Sequence record: MK773491.1
Direction: 5' to 3' (one strand)
Length of the DNA stretch: 64,000 bases
Positions 19,133 to 28,201 of this stretch are shown in pieces. A program made the translations under genes and the position numbers. The notes under the pieces are model-generated. The model ran no database searches and was not told where the DNA came from. It was given only the letters and a program-made list of their open reading frames with translations. How positions within the stretch are numbered: position 1 is the first letter of the stretch; the number at the start of each line of letters is the position of its first letter.

Positions 19133-19378
19133 ATGTTTAAAGTACGTAAATGGTCTGACTCTAACGCCCGCCCTTATGATGTTGTTTATGTGGATGATAT
19201 TCGAAACAATATCCACTATCAACCCGGAGTGGAGTTTAGTACTATTGAAGGTGCTTATCATCATAAAGAAGTACTAATCAAAAGCACTGATGAAGATAGT
19301 ATAGAATTTATCCGTAAACATTGGCCCACTGATGGTGCTGCTGATGAGGATAATTCAGAAGAACCAAAAAAAGATTAA
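19133..19378 (+). CDS. Hypothetical early protein
   Basis: Start moved to ATG 19133 after GAGGA. Confidence 0.8.
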   Translation: MFKVRKWSDSNARPYDVVYVDDIRNNIHYQPGVEFSTIEGAYHHKEVLIKSTDEDSIEFIRKHWPTDGAADEDNSEEPKKD

Positions 19379-19384
19379 TATAAA

Positions 19385-19485
19385 GAGGTTGACTTCGGTC
19401 AGCCTTTTTTGTATTATATACACCAAGAAAACAGCTAACCCACAGGGTGCATAAATCCGTCTTTCAAATGTATATTTTTTCATCG
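19385..19485 (+). ncRNA. Terminator/promoter fusion plus TAACCCACAGGGTGC motif, no ORF
   Basis: TTGACT 19389, TATTAT 19412, motif 19436-19450. Confidence 0.5.
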
Positions 19486-19610
19486 AAGTACTAAAACGAA
19501 TACGAAACAAATAAATTTCAAAAAGTACTTGACCACTATTACAGATTGTCGTATAATGTTTTACATCGAGAGGGGAAATGGTTCTACTCTCTAACTTAAG
19601 GAATTAAATC

Positions 19611-20132
19611 ATGATTACTACTCCAGTACGCGATATGTTTAACGTTAACCCACACACTGGTATTGCTTATGGATACATCAACGCGAACAACGTAAACAGT
19701 GAAGTACTGAATGAAATTTTCTGCAATGGCATTGATGTAGCTCGACTTGAAGCAGATATTGACTTCGCCAAACGTTATGATTTCGTAGTACCTGATCAAA
19801 AGGAATCAGAAGATTATACTGCTTATCTTGAGCGTGTACAATCCGATATGCTTGACTTCCTTAACAATCTGGGCGATGATGTGATGGAAAAAGTGGAAGC
19901 ACATGATCGCGAATATGAAGAGTTTACAGGTCATGTACATGCCGCCACTGTAGATAAGACTACAGTACTTTATAACACTGATAACAATACTATCTGTGTT
20001 ATGGATGGCATCAATGTTGGTTTCTTCTATGCTTGCTCTCCATGCTGCCCGAATGCTGGTGATCTTGATAGTGCTGGTGGAAGTGTAGAAACTTACGATG
20101 TACCTGCAAGCTGGCGTGAACTGGATTACTAA
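19611..20132 (+). CDS. Conserved phage protein (NPHTGIAYGYI; CSPCCPNAGDLD)
   Basis: Hairpin cassette, RBS. Confidence 0.85.
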   Translation: MITTPVRDMFNVNPHTGIAYGYINANNVNSEVLNEIFCNGIDVARLEADIDFAKRYDFVVPDQKESEDYTAYLERVQSDMLDFLNNLGDDVMEKVEAHDREYEEFTGHVHAATVDKTTVLYNTDNNTICVMDGINVGFFYACSPCCPNAGDLDSAGGSVETYDVPASWRELDY

Positions 20133-20191
20133 TTGACAACAACAAAGGGATAGCATACACTATCCCTAACTTAAGAAAAGAGGAAATCAAA

Positions 20192-20371
20192 ATGGTTCAC
20201 GTTGATCTTGAAGTACTGAAAAAAGTATGGTACGACATTGGCTATAAAAATATTAGCTGGACGGATAACCAGTACATCGAGCTTAAGGCACTGGATAACT
20301 GGCAGCGTAATGAAGTACTGAAAGCACACAAAAAAGGTGTAGATGATCGCTTTAACTTTCCTGTACTTTAA
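20192..20371 (+). CDS. Small hypothetical protein (59 aa)
   Basis: Promoter, GAGGA RBS. Confidence 0.8.
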   Translation: MVHVDLEVLKKVWYDIGYKNISWTDNQYIELKALDNWQRNEVLKAHKKGVDDRFNFPVL

Positions 20372-20463
20372 TAGAAAAAAGTACTTGCATAGTATTCTGA
20401 TTACTGTATAATGTTTTTCATAGAGAGGGGAATGGTTCTTCTCTCTAAATTAAGGAAAACATT

Positions 20464-20646
20464 ATGACTAACAAATATCGTACTCAGTTCTTCATGGTTG
20501 ATGGTGCTCGATTAACTGCTGCTGACGTACACGAGTACTACGGAGTGAGCATTGATGATCTTCTGGTGATGCATGAAGATGAAACACAATTCTTCCATGC
20601 TCATGGGTACGAGGTTAAAGTAACACGCTGCCCAGCATACAATTAA
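20464..20646 (+). CDS. Small hypothetical protein
   Basis: Hairpin cassette, RBS. Confidence 0.8.
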   Translation: MTNKYRTQFFMVDGARLTAADVHEYYGVSIDDLLVMHEDETQFFHAHGYEVKVTRCPAYN

Positions 20647-20691
20647 TCATTTGGGGAGAGAGGTAATACTCTCCCATATTAAGGAACGTCC

Positions 20692-20958
20692 ATGAAACTG
20701 ATTAACACACTAACGCGATTGTTTGGCACTGATAATGTTGACGATTGGAACGATGTTAACGATGAAGATAATGTGATTGATTACATCGTTATCTACCACA
20801 ACAATGATGGTGATAATGAGTGTGAGCCTGATTACTTCCTACGCCACTACGACAACGGATCATACCAGCTTAATGATCTCAGTGGCAACGTAATTCACAC
20901 TGGTAATGATCTGGCAGTACTAAAGAAAGTACTAAAGAATTTACCAAAAAGTAATTGA
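20692..20958 (+). CDS. Acidic hypothetical protein
   Basis: AAGGA RBS. Confidence 0.8.
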   Translation: MKLINTLTRLFGTDNVDDWNDVNDEDNVIDYIVIYHNNDGDNECEPDYFLRHYDNGSYQLNDLSGNVIHTGNDLAVLKKVLKNLPKSN

Positions 20959-21050
20959 CTATAATCTGCTGGTGGAGTATTATATATCCATTGGCAGATA
21001 AGCCACTAACCCACGGGGTGCATAGATCCATCTATTGGATTTAAGTACTA
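20955..21050 (+). ncRNA. Promoter (Chi in spacer) plus TAACCCACGGGGTGC motif, no ORF
   Basis: TTGACT 20955, TATTAT 20978, motif 21007-21021; leader nearly identical to 11010-11043. Confidence 0.5.
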
Positions 21051-21165
21051 AAACCTTTTAAAAAAAGAATAAAGAAAGTACTTGCATTACTATCTCAGTA
21101 CTGTATAATGTTTTACATCGAGAGGGGGAAATGGTTCTCCCTCCTAATCCAAAAGGATACGCACT

Positions 21166-21567
21166 ATGTTCACATTAAACCATTTCTCCGATGTTGTTGC
21201 TGTTGCTAAAACCTTCGGCGTTGATGCACTTCGATACGCGATGGATAACAGCACCGTATCCGTTGGTGCATGTCACACTATCCGTGACTGCATGAAGTGG
21301 GCTGCTAACAAAGTTGTTAGTATTGATAACTTCAACGATGGTAACAATGAGTATAGCATTGATGCTGTATTCTCTACCGAGAACGTAGCTGGTCTGTACA
21401 TCACTGGCCTCGATGATATTCGTATCTCTCGTACTGGTTTCGGTTCCTTCTACGGCGATGCACGTGAAGCAATGGAGAAGGGTATTATCAATGCCGAGCA
21501 GTTAGGCAAAGTACTAAAAGAGATTGCATTACGCAATGAAGCAGCTAAAGCCTTTGGTTTGCTGTAA
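21166..21567 (+). CDS. Hypothetical early protein
   Basis: Hairpin cassette, RBS. Confidence 0.85.
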   Translation: MFTLNHFSDVVAVAKTFGVDALRYAMDNSTVSVGACHTIRDCMKWAANKVVSIDNFNDGNNEYSIDAVFSTENVAGLYITGLDDIRISRTGFGSFYGDAREAMEKGIINAEQLGKVLKEIALRNEAAKAFGLL

Positions 21568-21585
21568 TACATAACACACTATACA

Positions 21586-21614
21586 AGGCCACTGGTTAAC
21601 GCTGGTGGCCTTTT
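21586..21614 (+). terminator. Intrinsic terminator whose 3' arm contains a Chi site (21601-21608)
   Basis: AAGGCCACTGG-TTAACG-CTGGTGGCC-TTTT. Confidence 0.75.
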
Positions 21615-21631
21615 ACTATGGAGGTAATATC

Positions 21632-21838
21632 ATGACAACATATAGGGTAGAGGGTTGCTTAGGCGTGACTATAGGCAGCGTGAGCACCATAGATGATGCA
21701 ACGGCTTTAGTACTAAAGCAAATACCTATCAGTGCTAAGACTACAGCACAGTTAGCGGGTAAGCTATCCCGTAAGGCAGTAGGTGGGAAGGTATACGTAG
21801 ACTATGGCGGTACTGGCTGTACTGTATTTGTGGAATAA
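21632..21838 (+). CDS. Hypothetical protein with atypical G-rich codon use
   Basis: GGAGGT RBS before ATG 21632. Confidence 0.7.
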   Translation: MTTYRVEGCLGVTIGSVSTIDDATALVLKQIPISAKTTAQLAGKLSRKAVGGKVYVDYGGTGCTVFVE

Positions 21839-22068
21839 GGAATTTTTACCTAAGTCAGATTTTATCTAACTCATTTTTAAAATAAGTCAAGAAAAAAATG
21901 AGTAAGGTATTGGTTGACTTTTCTATAAAAAATATTGATTGGACTATGAAAAATTTTTACCTTAGTGAAGGCCAGTCATGCCTTAGCCACCCGTAAAACT
22001 GATATGTGTATTTGACATATCGGTTTTTTTCTGCTATACTGTTTTTTATTAATTGTATTGGGGGAAGC

Positions 22069-22554
22069 ATGTCTTTATCTAAAGATATTGAATTCGCGTA
22101 TCAGGTTCTGCGTATTCGTAATGAAATGATTAGCGATGAAATCTGCAATAAACTTCCGGTGGGATGGACGTTCGGGGCAAACTTTCAAATTAAATCTTAT
22201 TTCTATAGATTTAAAAATTATCGTGGTCATAGACTTTTCGGGGATGTTAATTCTCTTCATTATAACATTGATTCACAAACTTCTTTCATAAGCAATATGT
22301 CATTTTTGTATATAGCCGATAGCAATGTTGTTTCGTTTGCATATAAAGAGAAAGATATTCCCATCGTGGAATTTACTGAAGAATTATACTTTCAATATAG
22401 TTTGTTGTACTCAGATAAAGAACTTCGCTGGTTAGTTGTTGCAAGCATACTTTATAATAATCCAATTAAAAATTGTAAGCGTTTTAAGATTCGTTTAGAT
22501 TATATTCAAATATTAACAAAACTTTTGAGGTATTCAGACTATGGCATCATATGA
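22069..22554 (+). CDS. FQ-motif paralog (ELYFQYSLLY)
   Basis: Start moved to ATG 22069 after GGGGGAAG; motif in C-terminal third. Confidence 0.85.
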   Translation: MSLSKDIEFAYQVLRIRNEMISDEICNKLPVGWTFGANFQIKSYFYRFKNYRGHRLFGDVNSLHYNIDSQTSFISNMSFLYIADSNVVSFAYKEKDIPIVEFTEELYFQYSLLYSDKELRWLVVASILYNNPIKNCKRFKIRLDYIQILTKLLRYSDYGII

Positions 22555-23104
22555 TGATGATTTACAATATGCAAAAGATATACTTCGCATTCGTCAAGCA
22601 CTTTATGACGGGACTCTTGTTTCTGGGGAATCATCAATTATTACTTCTTCCCAAACGGTGACGATGCACGATATAACTTACGAAATAGATACAATAACTC
22701 AACAAAAACTCGCGAACCATAATGGATTTAACTATTATATTCATCTTGCGAAACATAAAGAGGATCGTCATCGCCATGTTTTTGGACACATTCGCGAAGA
22801 AACAACAGATGCCGCAAGCGTTCTTACTTCTAAGTTTATACGGTTGATTACTTCTAAACCACAGATGTTACTAGGTGATGTAATGAGTGCGTTGCTTGGA
22901 AAAGGTGTAGAGATGGACTTATCCGAAGATTACACGGAAGAAAGACACTTTCAAGACAGCTTGTTGTACTCAATCGAACAAGTTAAAGGTATCGTGGTTG
23001 CTCATTACTTATACAAACACCCACTACCAGAATACAATTGCTTTAAGATTTTCTTCCATCATATTCCAACTATCTTGAAGATACTTGACGAAAAGGAAAA
23101 ATAA
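22541..23104 (+). CDS. FQ-motif paralog (ERHFQDSLLY)
   Basis: Coupled ORF, motif. Confidence 0.85.
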   Translation: MASYDDDLQYAKDILRIRQALYDGTLVSGESSIITSSQTVTMHDITYEIDTITQQKLANHNGFNYYIHLAKHKEDRHRHVFGHIREETTDAASVLTSKFIRLITSKPQMLLGDVMSALLGKGVEMDLSEDYTEERHFQDSLLYSIEQVKGIVVAHYLYKHPLPEYNCFKIFFHHIPTILKILDEKEK

Positions 23105-23107
23105 TAA

Positions 23108-23641
23108 ATGAACGATTTCAAAAAACTTGCACATGATATTGTTGAAACTGTGTTGTACTTACGTGAATGTCACAAAAATCGCGTTGTTAATTTTGTGACT
23201 ATTGATTCCATGTGTTATCTCATTGAGCGGCAGATATCACCACATAGGCGTGGGATGGTATTTGCAGCAGATGATGGCATGGAAATCTATTTCGACTTCG
23301 AGCCAGCAGGTGAGATTGATTTACCATCTAAACCATATGAAGAACAACATTCAAGTAGATTCTTTACTGAACATGGGTTCCTATATTATCACCCATCATT
23401 ACCGTACTTTAATGCAGTTCCTTCACTAGAAGATGAAACTAAAAATTTAGTTGTTCCGTTGCCTTCACGGTTACTAAACGAAGATGAAATTTTTCAATAT
23501 ATGACAATACTCTCCCCAGATGAAATCTTTGCATTACAATTAACTAACTATATGAAACACATTACCGCACCAGCAGTTGGGATTACATTTAGAAACCTAA
23601 ATGAGAGTCGTAGAATGATGAACTTTAAAAAGGTATTATAA
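23108..23641 (+). CDS. FQ-motif paralog (DEIFQYMTIL)
   Basis: Coupled ORF, motif. Confidence 0.85.
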   Translation: MNDFKKLAHDIVETVLYLRECHKNRVVNFVTIDSMCYLIERQISPHRRGMVFAADDGMEIYFDFEPAGEIDLPSKPYEEQHSSRFFTEHGFLYYHPSLPYFNAVPSLEDETKNLVVPLPSRLLNEDEIFQYMTILSPDEIFALQLTNYMKHITAPAVGITFRNLNESRRMMNFKKVL

Positions 23642-24238
23642 ATGTTTGATATGAAAAATGAAACTAATATGGTTGAAGGATGTAAACAGATTGAACACAT
23701 CTTGAAATTCATGTTGACTTTCGATAATGCTGTATATAATCTAGAATTTATCGGTACTGAGGGTTCTGGTATGAAATATAAAATCAATGATGACTTTATT
23801 ATTTGGAATAGCTTAAATGAAGTTAACATACTCTATAATGATAATAAAGATGATACATATGGTGGTGGATTATGCTACAGTATTCGTTCATTTAAGAAAG
23901 ATGATATCACAGCAATGCGTTCTTTTTACAATGACGATTATTATGTAGAATTCATATACTTCAATTCGGAATATAACGGAGAAATAGAAATTCAAATTGA
24001 AGGTAAGGATGAAATCGTGTTTTCATACCCAGAATACGATTTAGAAACTGATGACGGAGCATTCCAATACTCCTGTTTGTACTCTAATGATATAGTGAAC
24101 ATCCAAACTATCAATCAATATTTCTATAAACGTAAAGCGAAACCTTTTAGTGTTTGGCTCTCATTACCTATCACTAAACTATATAGGATACTAGATGAAC
24201 AATTTAACATTTCCAGAGAAGATAGTACTATTAATTGA
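23642..24238 (+). CDS. FQ-motif paralog (DGAFQYSCLY)
   Basis: Coupled ORF, motif. Confidence 0.85.
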   Translation: MFDMKNETNMVEGCKQIEHILKFMLTFDNAVYNLEFIGTEGSGMKYKINDDFIIWNSLNEVNILYNDNKDDTYGGGLCYSIRSFKKDDITAMRSFYNDDYYVEFIYFNSEYNGEIEIQIEGKDEIVFSYPEYDLETDDGAFQYSCLYSNDIVNIQTINQYFYKRKAKPFSVWLSLPITKLYRILDEQFNISREDSTIN

Positions 24239-24716
24239 GTACTTCTACAATGATCCAGAAAAATTAGCTCATTCTCTAGGGACTAAAGTATATTCACACT
24301 TAAATCAAGATCAAGATTCAGCATATGACCAGACTGAAAGGGAATTCTATGAGATATGCCAAAACGGTACTTACCTTCTTATAGCTGGAGAGTATAATAA
24401 CGCATGGGTTAATGAAAGATACATTGATGATGGTAACTACCCATGTGATTTAGTATTCTATGCACCAAACCCAGATAATGGTACTAGTAACATTCTATAT
24501 ATGACAAATCATAAATTGGGTCTTGTCCAAGAAGAGTTCGGTACTAAAAACATGGATATCTATACTGAAGAGAAGTTATTTCAGTACAGTACAATATACC
24601 CAGAGTTCGTTACAGAATCATTGGAATGGTGGAAGGTATTTGTAAAATCTAAAATACCCTTCAGGATAAATTTAACGTTACTAGACATAGATAAATCCCT
24701 AGAGGTGTACTTATGA
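24195..24716 (+). CDS. FQ-motif paralog (EKLFQYSTIY)
   Basis: Coupled ORF, motif. Confidence 0.85.
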   Translation: MNNLTFPEKIVLLIEYFYNDPEKLAHSLGTKVYSHLNQDQDSAYDQTEREFYEICQNGTYLLIAGEYNNAWVNERYIDDGNYPCDLVFYAPNPDNGTSNILYMTNHKLGLVQEEFGTKNMDIYTEEKLFQYSTIYPEFVTESLEWWKVFVKSKIPFRINLTLLDIDKSLEVYL

Positions 24717-25252
24717 CGTATACTTACGAATATACAATGAACTATACTGAATCTTTATTTGAATTAGCTGAGTACTTAATGATGCTATCTAAAAGATCAG
24801 GAATGATTAGTTTATCACAAGTGAGAAGAAAATCTACGACAGTGTTGCATATAGAAAGAAATGTATTTGATTATGGTGATATTGAGACACGCTTTTGGTA
24901 TCATGGTCAAGAGATACTAAATGATTTTACAATGGCTAAGTCTAATGAAAATTCTTTTACTGTATATTACTCACAAAATAACGTTTCGTATTGTAGTACA
25001 TTAGTGGATGATACAATGGAATTCAGTGATGCTAACACAGTACAAGATACTCGTATCAATATTCTCAGTACTGGAGAACTAACAGAAGAAATGTATGAAC
25101 AATTACAATTTATTCATAAACCAGAACTTGTTCATTCATTATTTGTGATATCTAAGATGCATAATGATTGTAAGATGCTTGCATACTCACAAAATGAAGA
25201 GAGTGGTTCTCCTTCTGAGATATTAGAAGCACTAAGGAAGATATATGATTAA
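24713..25252 (+). CDS. Divergent FQ-family paralog (EEMYEQLQFIH)
   Basis: Same size and motif position; degenerate motif. Confidence 0.75.
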   Translation: MTYTYEYTMNYTESLFELAEYLMMLSKRSGMISLSQVRRKSTTVLHIERNVFDYGDIETRFWYHGQEILNDFTMAKSNENSFTVYYSQNNVSYCSTLVDDTMEFSDANTVQDTRINILSTGELTEEMYEQLQFIHKPELVHSLFVISKMHNDCKMLAYSQNEESGSPSEILEALRKIYD

Positions 25253-25748
25253 AGAGAATGAGTTTGAAGAAGCGTATTCAGTACTGTTATCTATCTTTGA
25301 GATTACTGATAGAGTGCAGAAATGTAGATACAGACATAAGATGCCTAGATGTTTTGCATTTGAGAGTGCATGGAGTTTATTATATGTTACTTCTGGCAAT
25401 GAAGAAAATAGAGTGAAGTTGCGTTCTTTGACTAACAAGTATTCATTTATTATGTATGAAGGACACCGCAAAGCAAATGTCTCTTTGAAATTCTGTTATG
25501 ACAATGGAAATAGTATTCGTATTGGTCATGAGTACTTTGAGCTATCAGACTTCACAGAGGAAGCAATATTTCAGTACAGTACAATGTGGGATGCTGAAAT
25601 GATAACCGATTTGTACTTTTACTTATTTTTGAAGTCAAAGGGTTTAAAGCAGAATTTTAGTTTAAGAGAGGGTGCATACAGTCTTTCAGGATTAAAAGAA
25701 ATATTAGAACATATTCAAGAGTGCGAGGCTCATATAATTTATGATTGA
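25245..25748 (+). CDS. FQ-motif paralog (EAIFQYSTMW)
   Basis: Coupled ORF, motif. Confidence 0.85.
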   Translation: MIKENEFEEAYSVLLSIFEITDRVQKCRYRHKMPRCFAFESAWSLLYVTSGNEENRVKLRSLTNKYSFIMYEGHRKANVSLKFCYDNGNSIRIGHEYFELSDFTEEAIFQYSTMWDAEMITDLYFYLFLKSKGLKQNFSLREGAYSLSGLKEILEHIQECEAHIIYD

Positions 25749-26265
25749 AGAAAAACATTACGAATACGCAAGGTCATTGATTTGGATAGAGAAACTATTT
25801 CAAGAGTTACAAATGAAGATGCCCGGTAAATTCTTGAAGTACTCACCTTTGATGTTCTCATTAGAACTCGATAAGACGGATTGTATATGGTATAACGATA
25901 CCCCTGTTATCGATTTTAAGGTTGCTTGGGGAGAAGATTCTTTTAATACAAATTATTTGTGGGCCGCTGAGAACGACAGTCGCGAGCGTAGTATAATTAT
26001 TATTGCACCGAATACAAAGGTATACATGGCGAATGTCGATAGAAATACAAATGGCACGGAGTACATTTTAGATTTCGATGATAGTGAATCCTTTGTATTT
26101 CAGATGCAGTTAGTACAGAAAAGTATGTGGGATGAATTTTGTATATTATACGCATTGCATGAATTAGGATTTAGTCGTCCTGCATTTATACACGTTTGGA
26201 GTCAGCAAGTATTAGATATCATCATTAACAAAATGGAGGATATTATTAGATATGACGTTATCTGA
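25741..26265 (+). CDS. FQ-motif paralog (SFVFQMQLVQ)
   Basis: Coupled ORF, motif. Confidence 0.8.
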   Translation: MIEEKHYEYARSLIWIEKLFQELQMKMPGKFLKYSPLMFSLELDKTDCIWYNDTPVIDFKVAWGEDSFNTNYLWAAENDSRERSIIIIAPNTKVYMANVDRNTNGTEYILDFDDSESFVFQMQLVQKSMWDEFCILYALHELGFSRPAFIHVWSQQVLDIIINKMEDIIRYDVI

Positions 26266-26812
26266 ACAATACGACAATCGTAGGGTATATGATTATTGTA
26301 CTATGATGATGGAAATAATTTCGAATCTTATTACGTGCTCATTGATGGATACCGAAAAAATGAGGTTCACCCGTTACCCATCAGGTCGAGTATATTACAA
26401 GAATAAAATACGGAACGCAGAAAACAAGTTATTCAATTTTGGTACAGTTCTAGAAGGTTCGTATCCAGAATATAGAAGTCAAGTTTCGATGAGTAAAGAC
26501 CCGGATAATCATTATTTTAAAATAGAATATTTTGATAATAATGTAACGACCTTACCAGTACAAGTAGAGGTGGACGGAATATATCAAGATATACAAATGT
26601 ACACACCAGAAGAATTAGTTAATGATGCTTATATGTTTCAGCAGTCATTAGTGCTTGACGAACCGATGCTGTTTGGGTTATTATGTTTATCAATTTTGCG
26701 GTTCATTGGTGTACGTAATATGCACATTATATGTGAATTTACAGTACAAGATATGACCGCAGTATATGAGGATTATTTAAATGCCAAACGAAAGTGTGTT
26801 AACATACAATGA
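26252..26812 (+). CDS. FQ-motif paralog (AYMFQQSLVL)
   Basis: Coupled ORF, motif. Confidence 0.85.
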   Translation: MTLSEQYDNRRVYDYCTMMMEIISNLITCSLMDTEKMRFTRYPSGRVYYKNKIRNAENKLFNFGTVLEGSYPEYRSQVSMSKDPDNHYFKIEYFDNNVTTLPVQVEVDGIYQDIQMYTPEELVNDAYMFQQSLVLDEPMLFGLLCLSILRFIGVRNMHIICEFTVQDMTAVYEDYLNAKRKCVNIQ

Positions 26813-27398
26813 GATACAAGAGTGTGCTGATTACATTGAAGAATCTTTGGGATTAATCAAAGACACCCATAATAAGATATTAGAAAGAAGTACAGAACCT
26901 ATGGTATTACGAGTACCAGCATGGGATTTTGACAGTGAAGCCATTTTGAGTTTCAATTATGATACGATTGATAGTTGGCAAGGGGAGTATGGTAGATTTC
27001 ACATTTCATTAGAGCAATTACAAAAAACTATTATTAGATTTAAATGGGATTTTAAACCTTTCCATACACATAATGTAGTAATAGTAACAAAGGATAATTT
27101 GAATACAAATATGTCTCTTAATACAATGCATAAAGATATCACATTCAAGCGTTGGCTTGGTGGTGATGTTTTTTGTACATATGAAATGCTTGATATAACG
27201 AAAGAAGAGACGGAAGGATTTTTATTCCAAGAGAGTTTAGTACAAGAACCTATTATCATCAATACATTAATGTTCATGTACGAGTGGCACAGGCGTAAGG
27301 GTATTAATATGCAATTACGTTTCAGTACAGATCCGTTGAAGGAATGTAAGGGTATATTAAACATTGTTAAATTAGCGAGAGAGATGCATGGATATTAG
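26781..27398 (+). CDS. FQ-motif paralog (GFLFQESLVQ)
   Basis: Coupled ORF, motif. Confidence 0.85.
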   Translation: MPNESVLTYNEIQECADYIEESLGLIKDTHNKILERSTEPMVLRVPAWDFDSEAILSFNYDTIDSWQGEYGRFHISLEQLQKTIIRFKWDFKPFHTHNVVIVTKDNLNTNMSLNTMHKDITFKRWLGGDVFCTYEMLDITKEETEGFLFQESLVQEPIIINTLMFMYEWHRRKGINMQLRFSTDPLKECKGILNIVKLAREMHGY

Positions 27399-28050
27399 TA
27401 CATTACATCGTTTAATACAGGCATACAAAGCATTGCCTAATATGGATAAAGTAAATGTGGGTAATTTCATTAATGAGGGTGTACCGTATGGTATTCGCAT
27501 CATTAAGCGTAGATTCAATTCCGAGTACAGTCAGGAGTTAGAATTTGGTGCAATACAGATTGAGATGCCATCATTGAGTGGTAAATTGTATGTACCTATT
27601 ATGGATTTCAGGGTAAATCATCCGAGTAAATTCAAGAGTGTATCTCCTATATTGAACATTGACCCGCATTGGATTGGTATACAGTTCAGTCAGGAGTGCA
27701 TAGAAGAGTTTGCTGATAATGTAATAGTGCTTGCTAACACGAGGTTCGAGGGTAAGTCGATTACATTTGAGTTGAGTGGTACAGAAGAAGAGTGTTTTGA
27801 TACGTTAGAAAGTTCATTGTTCCAGCACAATGTATCCTGTCCAGAGAATGAGGTATTAGATTCCGATATTGTATTGAGTCGTTTTAATTTAGGCAATCAG
27901 TACATTAAAAGTACATTAGGATTTGAGGGTGAATGTGTTAATAGTTTAGAGATAATGACGCCAACCTTGACAGTACGAAGAGGATATGATATGATTTTGC
28001 CTTACGATGAAATTGCAGAAGTCTTAGAGAATTTTGTGTCACAAAATTGA
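27388..28050 (+). CDS. FQ-motif paralog (SSLFQHNVSC)
   Basis: Coupled ORF, motif. Confidence 0.8.
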   Translation: MDISTLHRLIQAYKALPNMDKVNVGNFINEGVPYGIRIIKRRFNSEYSQELEFGAIQIEMPSLSGKLYVPIMDFRVNHPSKFKSVSPILNIDPHWIGIQFSQECIEEFADNVIVLANTRFEGKSITFELSGTEEECFDTLESSLFQHNVSCPENEVLDSDIVLSRFNLGNQYIKSTLGFEGECVNSLEIMTPTLTVRRGYDMILPYDEIAEVLENFVSQN

Positions 28051-28201
28051 GGTTTTGGAAATAATAAATAAATGTTTTACATCGGGGAATAGGCGTCCCG
28101 GTATGCTAAAAAAATTTTCGCTTCACAAAGTGAAAAATAAAGTATAAAATAAGGTATAAACGGGGGCCACCGGGCGACGGTGTGTATAGATTGATTTTAT
28201 A

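Larger units (their letters stand above)
4075..21150 (+). repeat. About ten copies of a promoter + 5'-UTR hairpin module (TATAAT-GGTTTGCATAG-GGGGAAAC..TTCCCCC-..TAAGGA)
   Basis: Copies near 4119, 6076, 6429, 7195, 9265, 11664, 12819, 19570, 20424 and 21121. Confidence 0.85.

Noticed and set aside
2346-21021. RCCC-N3-GGGTGC units as RNA anti-CRISPR repeat mimics
   Set aside because: Only partial likeness to type I-C repeats (GCACCC..GGGTGCG); no match to I-E or I-F repeats and no GAAAC-type 3' end. Not supported without a search
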